64,000 nucleotides of DNA from Isurus oxyrinchus (taxonomy: Eukaryota). The notes under the pieces were generated by a model. The model was not told the DNA's origin and did no database searches. It saw nothing but the letters and a program-made list of their open reading frames with translations. The stretch lies in the NCBI GenBank assembly GCA_026770705.1, contig JANJGN010000034.1:6014001-6078000 (forward strand). Direction: 5' to 3'. The translations under genes and the position numbers were made by a program. Below are positions 26,230-39,836 of this stretch, piece by piece; within the stretch, counting starts at the first letter, position 1, and each line of letters opens with the position of its first letter.

Positions 26230-27070
26230 TCAGCATGCAGATCTTAAGCAGCTTCCTGAAATGATGGTCACATTTCAAAGATGATCATTCATAAGATAAG
26301 AGCACGATCGGTGAGATAAGGAATATGTAAGATTGGGTACATTTCAGCCACAACAATTAAGCAGTTGTGGAGAGTTCAGCCAGAGATATGTTCGGAGTTT
26401 TCTGCTCTGTGCACGTGTATCTACAGGTAAGGACAACTGTCGGTGAGACCAGCTATGGATGGGGTCTGTTCTGAGTGAGGTAGGCCTGAGGAGGCTAACT
26501 ATAGCTGAGTCGGAGGAGGGAGAAATCCACTCTTTGTATTCCCGGCTCCAGCTGAATTGGGTAATCCATGAGTTTGGCTGTGCTTGAGCCTGCTTCTACG
26601 TGTGATCCACCATGATTCACATCCCGTATTTATTTTGTAAATTATAGGAGCTGGCCTTTATGCGTAAAACCGTGTATCAGCAAGTTCGAATGCAGTTGTG
26701 TTTGAGGAAGCAGATCATCTGTCTTAACTATGGAATCATCTTAGTGATCCAGTATGATCAGACTGCATAGGCTTGAGTCAAATATGTGCGATTTCGTGTA
26801 TCTTAGAGGTGCAGTCATTAAGTGTGCAACATCTGTTGGTGCAGAATGGCATAGCAAGCATAATTTTTGTGTGACGCCTCATTTGAATGAGGTCAAGCGT
26901 ATGCAATATGGAGAACTATGTGCTGATATGACTGAGATCAGATAGCGCTGAGTTGGAGAAGTGGAAAGTTATGCTAGGGATAATGTAGGGCATGGAAGCG
27001 GTCACACCAATCAGAATTACGGTCGTGGGGAATAAACTTTACCCAAGAGATGGTATTAGTGATTTTTGTA
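26230..27070 (-). mobile_element. Decayed L2/CR1-group LINE fragment
   Basis: Composition and motifs resemble a reverse-oriented EN-tether region; no intact ORF; copy at ~55390-56250. Confidence 0.4.
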
Positions 27071-27886
27071 ATAGTCGAGGTTCCGAATGATTACTTTTGA
27101 GTGCAGAGGGTATGGCGTTTTTTTTTTTCAGGATAGAGAAAATGAATTGGGCAATGGTATTTTATTGTGTGTTTGAGGTCGGCAAATCTCAGTTTTATAA
27201 TGGTTACATTGCATATGGGATTGAGATCAGGTAGGAGTAATATCCTGCTTGTTTGGTGTTTGGCATGAGTGAGAGACAGACTTTTGCATTGTATGATTGA
27301 ACCTTTGTAGGAAAACGCCGGGCAGATGTCGGAAATGAATGTAGAATCTCCTGGAAATATTCAGCAGTTCGCTGCAATATTTCTGGAGAGAGGAACAAAT
27401 GTTGAACTTTCATGTTGATGAGACTTTCCAGCAGGCAGATATGTCACATGGTTCTTTTTTTTAAAAGCACTTGAGTGTCGTAGCCTGTATGTATGGTTAA
27501 CCAACAAAATAAAAGCAAGTTATCTAGCCTTTGCAAGATTGCTATTTTGTGGGTGTTGGTAGGGGACGGTGGGTGGGTTGGCTGGTAGGGGGAGGTGGTG
27601 GCTAATTGGCTGTTGCATCTCATACATTATGATTGTTTTTACGATTAAAGTGTTTGTCATTGCGAAACGCTTTGGAATTGTTATGATTGTGATGTCAATG
27701 ATTAAGCCCAATATTCTTCTTAAATTAATACTTGCACACTATGATCATGATAATGGCGACATGCTTGCAATATTTAAGTTAAGGACCAGATTAGCTGCAA
27801 CCAATGTTCACTAAATAAAAATTTCCAATATGTGAGAGGCTTTAGTTATTTCAGAATCAATGATTTTATCTTTCACCCTTCATCAG

Positions 27887-27913
27887 AAGAGAACCAAAAA
27901 GCAATGGAAAAAG
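27887..27913 (+). CDS. Microexon 14, unit 1 (27 nt; EENQKAMEK)
   Basis: tttcacccttcatcag|AAGAGA...GAAAAAG|gtactg; paralogous to exons 8 and 10. Confidence 0.82.
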
Positions 27914-29999
27914 GTACTGAACTTAAGTACTTCTTGCGTCTAAGAGATACTATTTACTTTTCTATGTGATAATTGATTCTTTCAGCCGTTCTCCGAAGCG
28001 GTATATTATAAATTACTGCAAAAGCTATCAACTGAGCAATCTCGCATGACTGAGTTTGGCAGAATATATGTGGAAAAGATGATTCGTGGGAGACACCAAA
28101 GCTAGGGGATTCATAAAGGAAAACATATAATGTAGTATGGTTTTTATAGAATATGGAATTCGTGAAATTTGTCTTTATATGGAGAATGTCCAACCTCGAG
28201 CTGTATAGCACAATGTATGGAAGGGAAGCTAGATAAATGCACGTGAGAAAAAGAAAGAGTAGATTATCTTAATAGGTGAAATGAATTAGGGTAGATGGAG
28301 TACCGTTGGGAATATAACTGCCAATAGGTGGAATGCCTGCATAATGGCCACTTTTTTGCTCTGAAAATGTAGTAAATGTTTCCATTTTATGCGGTTTAAA
28401 ATGGTTATGACCAAATTTACCGCTCAATAGGCACTCGGCTGACTTATGCTTCCCCTGACTGATTTAGAGCATCGGACATGGGTATTGAACGGGTAGACGA
28501 TGCATATCACCGATGTTAAGTTAGCTTGCAACTTAGACTTCCTCCTGCTGTTCGCATTTTAGGAAGTTTATATTTTCTTCTCAAAACAGAAGAATGCACC
28601 ATATCAACTTTACGGAATATTGGAATACGAACTCTTTATCCAACAGTTTAACTAACAAGAATGGCCAAAGCAACTTCCACATATGTAGCACGGTTAACAT
28701 TATACAACGTCAGCAAGAGCATCAAACAATCGTAGTAACACAACATTAGACGCAGATCCGCATAAGGCTACTTTTGAACGCTTGGGAAAAAGTTTCGTCA
28801 ATGTGTTGGGCATTAAGAGGCATCCTTAAAGTGGAAGGACGTGTAGAGGGGCATCAATTCGGAAAAGTTTGCTGATTTTGTGATGCAGCAGCTGATTTCA
28901 CTGTTGCAATATTGCAGAAATTATAAGCGGGGTGCATCAAATGGCCAATTTTACATTTCGGTGAGCTCAGGTGCAGAAAGAGATTACAGAGCCAACGATG
29001 GCTGAGGCCATCGAGGGATTGGCAACAAAAAGAATAAATTAGCACTTTAAAACCAAGGCATCTCGTTCCCTGTAACATCGTATAAAGATGTGGATGTTAC
29101 TTTAATGACTGAAAGTAATTTTCTGTATGTATTCAGGATATTGAATTGCATGGGTTTTGCTGCACAGCAACAGGAAATTTGTCCCAACAGGCCCGATTTG
29201 AAATGCATTCTCTGCTCGGAGTGCGTCGCATCTGCCGACATTGGATTGCAACTGGGTTAGAAATTTGAAATGGAAGAAATTATTTTAATTGTGCAAAGAA
29301 ACTTCATTCAAAACAATACAGAGTTAACATTTCGATATCGAAGAATAGCATATGCACTACAGAAGCTGGAAAAAAAATGATGAAATGGGAACTTTGAGAT
29401 GTTGAGCAATGGCAACGAATGGCAGACTCTGTTTTATTTGTGCACAAATGTGCTTGTCCTGATAGCTCATTGGACCGATGAAGGTGTTTGGTAGTGTAAA
29501 CGTAAAGAAAATTCTTTGACTTGCAAGGGAACTGAGGCAGCGTACTTCAAAGCAAAATAACCACTAATGCACCCTATCATGGTTTTAGTGAACTATTTTT
29601 ACACAGTGAAAAATGACACAGTGGAATTTGTTACATCAAGGAGAGGTTGCAGCAATAGTATATGATCGTTTAAAATCACGGATGAGAATGAAATCATTGT
29701 TGCAGAGAAAAGCGGGACATTCAGCCCGTTGTGTTGACTGTCTGCCAGCGCATCTCTTGCTCTCCCTACTCTCCTTTCATCTTTTCCCAGTACTTGCCTC
29801 TTTTCGAATGTTCATCTAATTCCAGTTTGAAAGCCATTATTGAAGCTACCTCGACTAAATTCTCAGGCATTGCATTGCAGATCTTAACCATTATTGTATT
29901 CCAAATAAATGTAATTCCTGTCACCGTTCTACGCATCCTAACTTTACATTTACTTATACTTGACTTTACTGCCAAAATTAAACCTACGAACACAGTAAC

Positions 30000-30910
30000 T
30001 AAGGGCAGATTAATTCAGTCGCCCCTTCAAACTTGCTCTTGCCATTCAGAAAGAATATGGGTGATCGAATTGTAACCTTTTGCCTACCCACGAATCCTTA
30101 CACCCCCTTGTTATTTATTAATCTGCCTAGCTCTGCATTTACAATGACCAAAGACCCTGCTTTCACTGCCGTTTGCGGAAGAAAGTTCCAAAGACGCTCA
30201 GCCTTCTGAGAAAAAAATCTTCTGACCACTGCTTATATTGAACGACACCATAAATTTAAACGGTAACCCCTAGTTCTAGATTCTCCCAGAAGAGGAAATA
30301 TCCTCTCCACATCTGCTCTGTCCACACCCCTCGTGATCTTTAACATTTTGACAAAGTCACCTCTTACCCTCATAAGCACAAGTGGATACAAGTCTAACCT
30401 TTCCAACCTTTCATCACAAGCAATCCAAGAATTCCTGGTAATGGCCTAGTGGACTTTTTCTTAACTATTTCCAACACATTTACACATTTCCTAAAATAAG
30501 CAGGCCAATAATGTACACGGCACTCCACATGTGGGTTCACCACTGCCGTATAGACATGAATGATAACCTCCCTGCTTTTGACTCAATTGCCATCCTAATG
30601 AACGATAAAATTCTGCATCTCTCTTAATTGATTGCCGTTCCTGCACAATTGCATTTTGTGGTTCCTGAACTAGGACACGCAGTTCCTTCTGAATCTCAGT
30701 GTTCTGCACCCTCTCACCAATTAAATAATAAGCGTATTTTTGTAATTATCCCAGCTAAAAAAGACAATTTTGTCTTTCCCTACATTATAATCTATTTGCC
30801 CGGTCTTTGCACGGTCACTAATCTTTCGATATCGCTTTCTATCCTCCTTATGTACTCCCCATAATTTAGCATCCTATCTACTTTTTTGTGGTCAGCAATA
30901 TTAGCAATCA
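30000..30910 (-). mobile_element. CR1-type LINE 3' fragment (unit 2 copy)
   Basis: TEIQKELRVLVQEPQNA peptide; homologous to 600-1460. Confidence 0.75.
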
Positions 30911-32719
30911 CAATCCTCTCTATCTACTCTGTTTCGAAGCCTCATAGTTGTATCACTCTATGCAATATCCTCTCTGCTGTCTCTTCTTAAAGTAAAATAC
31001 ACCAGTTACTGAAATCTATCTATTACGTCCCTCACCCCTCATTGTTGTAAACGTTTTCTAAAATCTCTTTGAAGACTTTGGACCTTTCCAAATTATGGGT
31101 CGTTGTTTTGATCCTGCAGTTGGTGCAGCTGAGTTATTGAAAACCCCCCGAGAAAAACTGATAACCACTATCATAACCTATAATTTTGAGTGATATGCTT
31201 AACATGCAACTTTAACTTCACGAAAGAGACCCCTTGCTCTCGAAAGGCTTTATATTCAGTTAAACCAAACCTTTTAATATATTTGCACAGGATAAATATA
31301 TGCATATAGCTACAAATTACTACAATCATAAATTTTAGCAAATTCCCAAACTAATATCCGTTAAGGCAACATGAACTCAAAGAATTAGCGAGGCAAAACA
31401 TTTTACGAATTGAAAATGAAGCTATTTTCGCGTTGGTTGCTGTGGAGACCATTGGAGGCTTTCAGCTGCTTTTGATCTCACATTACCTCTGCTCTACACA
31501 CACAAAACTGCTCAAGTTATACCTAGCATCGTTCATTGCAAAAACTTTCTCATTGAATCACCAGCCTCTTTGAACTCCAACTTTTAACAATAAAACACCT
31601 TTCATAGAAAGTATGTTATTAGTAATATAATCCTATTGCCAGGTGTCTGCTGGCTACCTTCACTTCTTGAATGCATGTACAAAAGAGAATAGAAATAAAG
31701 GCTATTTATCTTACATATAAAACTAATATATGTCAAAGCACCCGGACTAGCTGGTTTTAAACCAGTTAAGGCACACCCAAAAACTAAACCGCTATTTTGA
31801 AAAAAAAAATATTTTCCAATAATAATGCATATATTAATAACTTCATGACAGCCACATTTTTGGACACAATGCTCCAGTTGAGGCAGAACCAATGGTTTAT
31901 AATTATTGCAACATCCTTGATTTTGTTTTCAACGCGTCTCTTACTTAATCTCAGGATCCCATATACATGCTTTTAAGTTCTCCAACATGTCTGGCCATTT
32001 AAGCTATATGTTCACATAAACCCCTATATTGCTGCGTTGTTCTGACCTCCTCATTTGTTACACTTTCTATTTTGTTACCTTCCATTGCTCTGCCCAACAA
32101 CATGTGTCAGCTCGTGCCTTTTTCTTCTGTAATAGATTTCATCTGCAATATGCCACTCCCTTCCACGTATTGTGCTCTGGCGAACAGGTGGAGCTGAATA
32201 ACACAAATCTGAAAAAAACAGAGGATAAACATAACATGAACGGAACTCATATTGAAAATGAATTAAAATTCAGGCCCAGTAATGTGAAAGAGTACAAGGC
32301 AGCTTTAGGCCATCAATCGTGTCGCGGACTCAGGCATAGTCAGGATTACTGAGGCATGCCTATGGGCAGTCCGGGCCAGGAAATTAACCTTGTAGTGTAT
32401 GCTGTATGTAGAAAGGATAGAAGTGGGGCCAAACGCTATCTGTTTTAGGTGTACCTTTTCGAGATTACATTCTATTTCGAAAAAAAAGACACTGCTATCG
32501 GTAGCTGACATTTTGAATATTTGTACTTGGAAATAAAAGATGTGAAATGTTCAGTCACATAAACATGTCCCATCTAAATTCCACTTCGTGTTCTGGAGGT
32601 GGAGTGTGAAAAATGTTGACAAACAAGGCAACTGAGTTAAAGAAAATAAAATAACAACATGACGAATTTCAATTGCCTTGATAATAATTTAACAGAAGAG
32701 TTTCTAAAGGAAGGATAAT

Positions 32720-34920
32720 TTAGAATTCCTAAAAAGTGGAGGTGGCCCCTATCTATCTCCGACTATCTCAAAGAAACAAGCGAGTAAGGATTTTGTATCG
32801 ACAGTTTAACGTGGAATTGAACCAGGATAAAGAAGGTTGGTAAAATGAAAACGAAAAACCAGCTCGGCATTAATGATCATAATTATGTTTAAGATGATGA
32901 TAGGGAAGTTTATAAATATAGCAAAAGCGTGCTTTAAAGTCTGGAGATCAGGTGAATTTTAGGGGGTCGTTTAGAACTTCTTAAAATGACGTAAGCAACA
33001 AATTGGTGAAGAGCAACGTGGATGGATAATGGGAAAATTAAAAAAATAGAATTCAACAAAGCGCAGTTATATATATTCAGCAAAAAGGAGAGAAGAAATC
33101 AAACATTTGTGAGACTTTAATTTTGCATGAATAACAAAAGAAAGCAACTCTCATTTAGGAAAGAGAAATATGATATGTACATAAAGAGAATATAAATGCA
33201 TAAGAGAGAATAACAAGATACTAGGAGGATGGTCAAAAAAGCAGGTAAGATGTCAAAGAGAAGCTATAACATCATATTATTAACGAACATAAAACCAACA
33301 AAATATTTTACGGGCTCTTCAAAAAAATGACTGTGATAGAAATAGTGCGATTAAAGGATAGAAAGCAAAATGTAACAAGCAGCAAAAGAAATATGCTTTC
33401 CGAACATAAGAGTTAGGAACACGAATAGGCCCGTCAATCCCGCTCCTGATTTCAATAGGATGATGATAAATATGGCTGTGTCCTCAAGTCCACATTCCCG
33501 CCTATCCACAAAATGCTTTCACCACCTTGTTTGTCAATAATCAGTCTATTTCTTTCTTGAAAACATAATAATCAACCGCCCTGCTTCAAGCATTTGCTGG
33601 GGGATAGAGATCCAAAGACAAATAATGGTCTAAGATACAAGAACAAAATCTTCCCATATCCGCCTCAAACTGGCTTTTATTATTTGTGTTAACACTGAAT
33701 GGTGAGCGGAGTAATGGGATAGGTGCGTTTAAAATAAATACAGTTAAGTGAATCGATCAAACAACAACAGAGGATATAACCCCTGCCCCAGATCCATGGA
33801 GTCTACATACTCTAAAAGATTACAAAGAAGATGCATAAGTGGAAATATTACGCACATTTCTTAGCTTGTAAGAACAACCTGTAACACCGGAATTCTTGTG
33901 GAAATTTGCTGTAATTTGCATATTCAAGAAAGAGGCAAAACATCTTCTTCTACTTATCGACCAGTCTTCTTAATATCGGGCAGAAAAATAATGGAATACC
34001 TATTCAATAAGGTTATAGAGAACAAATCTCATGGTTAATGTGATTCACACAGACACACGCAAACACAAACACCTAATGCCATGTAATATATCTGTGTGTA
34101 CGCATGGCTGGCAATAATTGTGATGCAGTGCCCAGTTTTTCAAATGGTCTTGATAAGCTTTTCCAGTTTGCATCAATGAATGAGGTGCAATAATGTGGAT
34201 TCAGGTGACAAGTAACAGAATGGAGTGCTCTAACTGGCTTCAAGACTTAGAACAGAGACTGAGAGTAAAGATGGCTTATTCAGAGTGGAAGAAGGTGAAC
34301 GTGGTTTTCCACGAGGATCTTGGCTGCCTCCAGTGCTATTTAATGTTCCTTTAATCGAATTTGATTGTGGAGTCAGAAACTCCATTTCTAAATTTGTGGT
34401 GTTCAGAAAAATGGGGAGAATGTCAAAACAGAGGTGCATTGCAACAAATTGCATGAAGACATTCTTAAACTTGGAGAAAGCACAAACAATTGAAAATGAT
34501 CTCGAATACAGATTTGCGTAAGACATTACATTCTGGTAGGAAGCATATTTTTTTTTGAAATGTGAAACTCTAGGGAGAATTAAGGAAAGTAGGGATCACG
34601 GTCTACAAAAGCAGCAATCGCTAAAACTTTCTTCGCTGGTGAATGAGTTCACAAAAACAAAACAATCACGAGACTTAGTTTCTGCAGGGATGTAATTTAA
34701 CGTGCTAATGTTATGGTGAACGAAGAAATACATCTGAAATCCCGCAAAAACTCATCTTTACCTAATTGAATAGCATAGATGCATTCAAGAGGAAGCTAGA
34801 TAAATATATCACTGAGAAGATGATCGAAGATTTCAGTGATAAATTTTTATGAGGATATATAGAAGGATTTTCAAGTGAAGCTTTAGTGCTTGATGGGCTG
34901 AATTATCTTGTTCTGCGATG
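32720..34920 (+). mobile_element. Decayed CR1-type RT relic (unit 2 copy)
   Basis: GFPRGSWLPPVLFNV...GVRNSISKF resembles GVPQGSVLGPLLF...ISKFADD. Confidence 0.7.
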
Positions 34921-35330
34921 TACACCCTAAGCATAACTGCAGTAAATTAAATAACCTAATTCATATTTAAACAAGGCCAAATAATATACTACTGTTTCTA
35001 TTTTTAATGTATATAAATGTGTCGAGTTAGTTAACTAAACTCATGACTGAAACACCAGCCGCGTAAACAAAAAAAGTAATCTCTGCAATTAGTTACAATG
35101 ATTGTCAATTTGTTCCGTCGTTTGAATACAACCAAATAATCTAACATATTCCTGCTCATTCCAACGAGACTGGTGTGAGAATTGTAAAATTCATCGACCA
35201 TCTAAGGTGTCATTTCGGCATTAATTTGTGGACCCTTTCTGCACAAAGCCCAATGTACTAATTTTACTTTTATCCTGCTAAACATTGTATTTCGTCAGAA
35301 AGAATGTGTTCATGCTTTACTTTTCCTCAG

Positions 35331-35357
35331 AGCTCTTTGACCAGCAGCAAAAGTGCA
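35331..35357 (+). CDS. Microexon 1, unit 2 (27 nt; ELFDQQQKC)
   Basis: ttttcctcag|AGCTCT...AAGTGCA|gtaagt. Confidence 0.88.
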
Positions 35358-36875
35358 GTAAGTATTGGCTACTGCTGTTATTTATTATTTATTTCTGCCG
35401 AGTTATTTCGACTTCCGGAGCATGTATTTTTGTGCTGGCCTCCCCTTGTAATTCAGGAATAGTGGGCTAAAAATCCCCCAAGAACCATCTCCGAAACAAT
35501 GGTACAAAGTTTCACAATCGGAAGTTCTTGCGTTGAGATCAAGAAGTTACTCAGTTTGCAGTCCGACAGAGGTCAATGCTTTGCCAAAAGTTGAAATCTT
35601 CCCAGTTCAAATCCGTTGTAAATTCATCTAAACAGCTGCTGTAATTGACACATTTACTCTATATCACCAAGAGATGTTCTGAGAGATGTTAAACATGCTG
35701 TACAACTGACGCCCGTTATCCTTTAAACTGGAATGCTGAAGTACAGTTCCTTTTCAGATACAGGGGTTGAGTGGCAAGATGTGGGGTTCCTTACTGGCCT
35801 CCCACGATGCACTCGCTCAATTTGCAGGTTATTTAAAGTCGGCGTGATTGACCCTGCAGAGATTTTAGAACACCACCCTACCAACAAACGCAACCATTTT
35901 AAATGTCATCTCTGTATTGGCCATTGCTGGACAAGCATAGAAAGGGAACTGCAACTTGGTGGGTTAAGTGTTGAGATGGCTACTTTACTTTTCCAGGCAT
36001 ACATTTGCATAGCCGTATAAGAAGGAAGGGAGATCGTAAAAAGAAGACTCCTGCTGGTTTCATATATCCCACCTCACCTTTTGCAAGGATGTCTTGAATG
36101 TACACTTCTGTTAACATAAATAGATTAACAGAGCGATCGGAGAAAATGCAATAAGCATTTAAAGTCCTATCAGAACTGAGACGGTTTTGAAGTTCTTAAT
36201 ATTCAGCACTGTGATTATTTTTGCAATCATGGCAGTGGGTGGAACGGGGGTGCAAACAGTCAGTTAATATGTTAGTCCTTAACAGATCAAATATGGGTTA
36301 TAAAAATGCACCTTCACTTATTGTGAAGCTCGAACATGAATTTACTCACTGCAGGCAACCGTCGCGTCTGATAACATACATACCTGTAAAGGGAGAATGA
36401 TGCACAGAAACATATAAACTGAATTCTTTATAGGATTAAATAGAGACTGGCAGAATGAGGCCCTTCTGATTCCTTAACATTGATATCATGGATTTCAGCT
36501 GACCATCGTGCTTATTTATTCTTGCTAATTTTACGTAAGTCAAGAACGCATATATTGAGAAACGCTATCCTTTAAGAACCTTTTCCTCACTCCCACTCAG
36601 TCCGACACCACTCCCCATCACCCCACCCCTCCTCCCTCAACCCTAATATGCTCCTGGACTCAAAGGTCTTGCAGGCCAGACAGGGGAGTGCCAATTGGTC
36701 CTTGCTTGAAGGTCCAGCCCAAAACATCGCATTAGATGGAATGTCGCAACTCATCCTGCCAGGATTGAAATCATCTTCTACTAATGAATATAACAACTCA
36801 GCCACAGCATGCGCTCCTGCAGCATCTTGTGTCAATAACAGGCTGATGGTTGAACTATTCCTGTAATTCTTGCAG

Positions 36876-36902
36876 AAGCTGATCTGGACCAAAAAGATGA
36901 GG
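36876..36902 (+). CDS. Microexon 2, unit 2 (27 nt; KADLDQKDE)
   Basis: ttcttgcag|AAGCTG...GATGAGG|gtaaag. Confidence 0.88.
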
Positions 36903-37584
36903 GTAAAGTACAACATCAAACGTGCAGTATTTTGTTTCCATTGAAATTACTACTGGCCTCATGTTAGGGAAATAGTTGAATTTAATGACAGCGGACACAG
37001 GTCCAGTGTCCACTTGTTGCCAGGGAGGTTGTTGCGACATAATTCTGGATCAGATGCCTCGGCATAAAATTTCAGCTACCTCTCCGAATTAACGTTTACA
37101 TGGTGATGCTGCCTAGTTGAAAGTTGAATCTTTCAGCTGAAGTATTAAATCACAATCATTCAACGGTCCTCTGTCACTGCCATAAGCAGCGAACGGCCAA
37201 AATATCTGGAAAATAAAATAACACGAAATGAATTGGCCCCGTGTTGTCTCAGCACTGTATGCCTCTGAAGAATCATTGCAAGGAGATTATCTGTATACTA
37301 TCACTTTTATGTATTTCGGAGCTTACTCTGTGTAAAATAACTCCTGCGTTTTCTGTATTATTCGCTTGAATGCATTTCCAAATGTGGGCTAGGCGATGTC
37401 ACATGTCCTGAGAATCTAACGGGCACCACAACAATTGCCACACACACCGGAAATGAAACAAGAATGGTTGATGTGCTAGAATGCCAACAGTAATGACAAC
37501 GTAATTGAGGCGAGGTCTGAGGGGGAATATTGATATTTGATTGCTTAAATGACATTCCACTTGTTTATTTTACAAAAATGCTAG

Positions 37585-37611
37585 AATTCAGCAAGAAAAT
37601 TACAGAATTAG
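37585..37611 (+). CDS. Microexon 3, unit 2 (27 nt EFSKKITEL; possibly ancestrally 36 nt from 37576)
   Basis: atgctag|AATTCA...GAATTAG|gtgagt; upstream ttttacaa again lacks AG. Confidence 0.68.
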   Translation, partial: NSARKLQN

Positions 37612-39176
37612 GTGAGTAATGGAAAAAAGATTTGGAAACAGTGATCGTTTATGGGGTTCATTCTGAAATTTTGTTTGCTTTCCTCATGACCAGTAGAATG
37701 TTTAGACAATGGTTAATAGGAAATCTAGTCTAACGTTAACTCCTTTCCTGTCACTATCAATGTCAGCGAAAGGGCCAGTGGTGTCAATTATGGTGATGTC
37801 CAGTAGAAGTCAGATTAACCCGGTGTGAGATCAGATATTATCAATTCGTGTATGGTGAGAACAAGTCTTAGTGCCACTCGGTTTGTATGAGAGGTCGGTT
37901 TCAGGATGGGTGGAGAGGGCGGGTTTGAAGATCGACAATCTTAGACGTGTTTGATGGCAAGTGCTAATGATCCAAGTCAGAAATAAATTAGAGTTGGTGA
38001 GGATCGTTCCGGTTTTGCCTAAATAATATAACCGTTTCAACATATTTGTGTGGTCAGCTTTTTCTGGGGTCAAGTTTTATTTTGATGACTATCTCATGGG
38101 ATGTGGGCGTAGCTAAAATGGCCCTCCTTTGTTGCCTATCCTAATTGCCTTCGAAATGGCTGTCTTGCAATTGATAACCACAGCCAATTACAGGAGATAT
38201 GCTTCCATGAACTGAAACCCCGGAATTGATTAAATGCCCTGTTGCGGAGTGGAGCTTTCAATTCCAGATTAATTAATTGAATTTGAACTCTACAAACCTC
38301 CATTTTTGAACCCATGCTTCAGCGCAGTTCTCGAAGGTGAATCAAAATGTAGCTCACACAGTTTCAAAATAATGCCTATTGCATTTAAGACAATGTTTTT
38401 CCTTCACTGAGTCGTTAATATTGCAAATAAATACCGCGGTGGACAGTGCAGGATGTGGCATTGAATGACTTATAAGACCTCATCTTAACCTACGAAGCAA
38501 TTAATTATTATGGGGATGCTAACAATGTAAATCAAAAAAGAACTGCTGAGGTTGGGAATCAGACATGAAACAGGAAATGCTACTAAAAAGTGCCTGGCAG
38601 CATCTGTGATGAGAGAAATGGGGGTTAACTTTTCGAACCAATACTGCTCTTCTTCACAACTGGTTATTGAGTTAATTCAGGGAAGGGGATTTAAGGCACA
38701 ACCAGATTAGTTATATTCTTGTGGAATGGAGGAGAATGTTATAGGGGCCAATGGCCTAATTCTGCTATATTTTCTTATGTTTTTACTTTGTTAAGGGGCG
38801 AGAGCATCATGTGTCCTTTGTCAAGAATGCAAAGAACCAAAGTCTGTACCTGCTCCATTGGATTGATAATTATGAATACCTAGTTGCAACCGCAAGGTTC
38901 ACAGAGTTTTACTCGCTTATCCAGACTGCTGAAAAAAATAATGTTTTCTTTTGGGGAAAAAAACACAGTAAAGGAAGGGTAAAGACTGTAAAGTTTACTT
39001 CTGTTAGCATATCAATTACAGGAGCGACCAGTCAATGATCAACAATAAAAGGAAGAGAGAGTTGTAAACTTTGCTACGGGACATCTGATACCGAATTGCA
39101 CATCACTTTTTTTGCTCAGTGACATTGCACATCCTGTAACTTATCAATTGCTGATATTTCCTTTACTGATTAACAG

Positions 39177-39191
39177 AAAATATAAAGAAGA
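39177..39191 (+). CDS. Microexon 4, unit 2 (15 nt; ENIKK)
   Basis: ttaacag|AAAATATAAAGAAGA|gtaagt. Confidence 0.8.
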
Positions 39192-39800
39192 GTAAGTATA
39201 CATATGTTACAGAAACTCAACATTAAAGCAAGATAAATAGGTTGCCCTAACAACTCATCCCTGGTGATATCGGCCCAACATTCAATAGATTATCTGCCCT
39301 GATGTCGAATATAGTGTTGTTTCCCTTTTTCCACGTCCCTCTATGGCAGCCCCCTGCCCATCTGTGTAACCTTCCGCAGCTCAGTGATCATTTTAATCCA
39401 CCTAATTTTCTTCTGTAATTTCCGATTTAGTACTTTCCCAATCCCTACCTCTACATGTTTAAGACATTCCCTAAAGATTGTGCCTCAGAATGGTCAGCCT
39501 TGATACCCTTCATAATATTTCTCATACTGTTCGTTGTGGTTCTGTTACTATTTGTTCCATGCCAATGTATGTTTCTGCCTTCTTCATCGTTGTCTGTTTA
39601 GTCAAAGTTATTTTATTCTTCAGCCAAATCCGAGGAAGGCTCACATTGCATGAAGGTCCCCAGAAGACTTTGGAGTCGAGTGAACATGAACCAGGATGCG
39701 ACCTGTTTCAAAAGTGTAATTTTTTAAGAGAAACTGGTAGGCTGATAAAACACACACCTGATGGACTTAAAGACTCATGCTGTTTCTTTCCACCTTGCAG

Positions 39801-39836
39801 AGCTAGGCACCTGCCAAGATACCATAAAATATTTAG
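39801..39836 (+). CDS. Microexon 5, unit 2 (36 nt; KLGTCQDTIKYL)
   Basis: ttctttccaccttgcag|AGCTAG...TATTTAG|gtgagc. Confidence 0.9.

Larger units (their letters stand above)
1..29204 (+). repeat. ~29.2-kb tandem segmental duplication, unit 1 (phase set arbitrarily by window start)
   Basis: Window start ggattctctgctcagggagcatcg recurs at 29205 and 58360; colinear homology throughout. Confidence 0.97.

Noticed and set aside
5760-27890. TGC motifs upstream of several acceptors suggesting SRRM3/4-type neural microexon control
   Set aside because: Present for only some exons, lost before exon 1 of unit 3, and too short to be significant without enrichment testing
28570-28625. ttttcttctcaaaacag acceptor-like site conserved in both units
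   Set aside because: No nearby conserved donor, and an indel lies just downstream in unit 2; exon 14 to exon 1 already fits the repeat pattern
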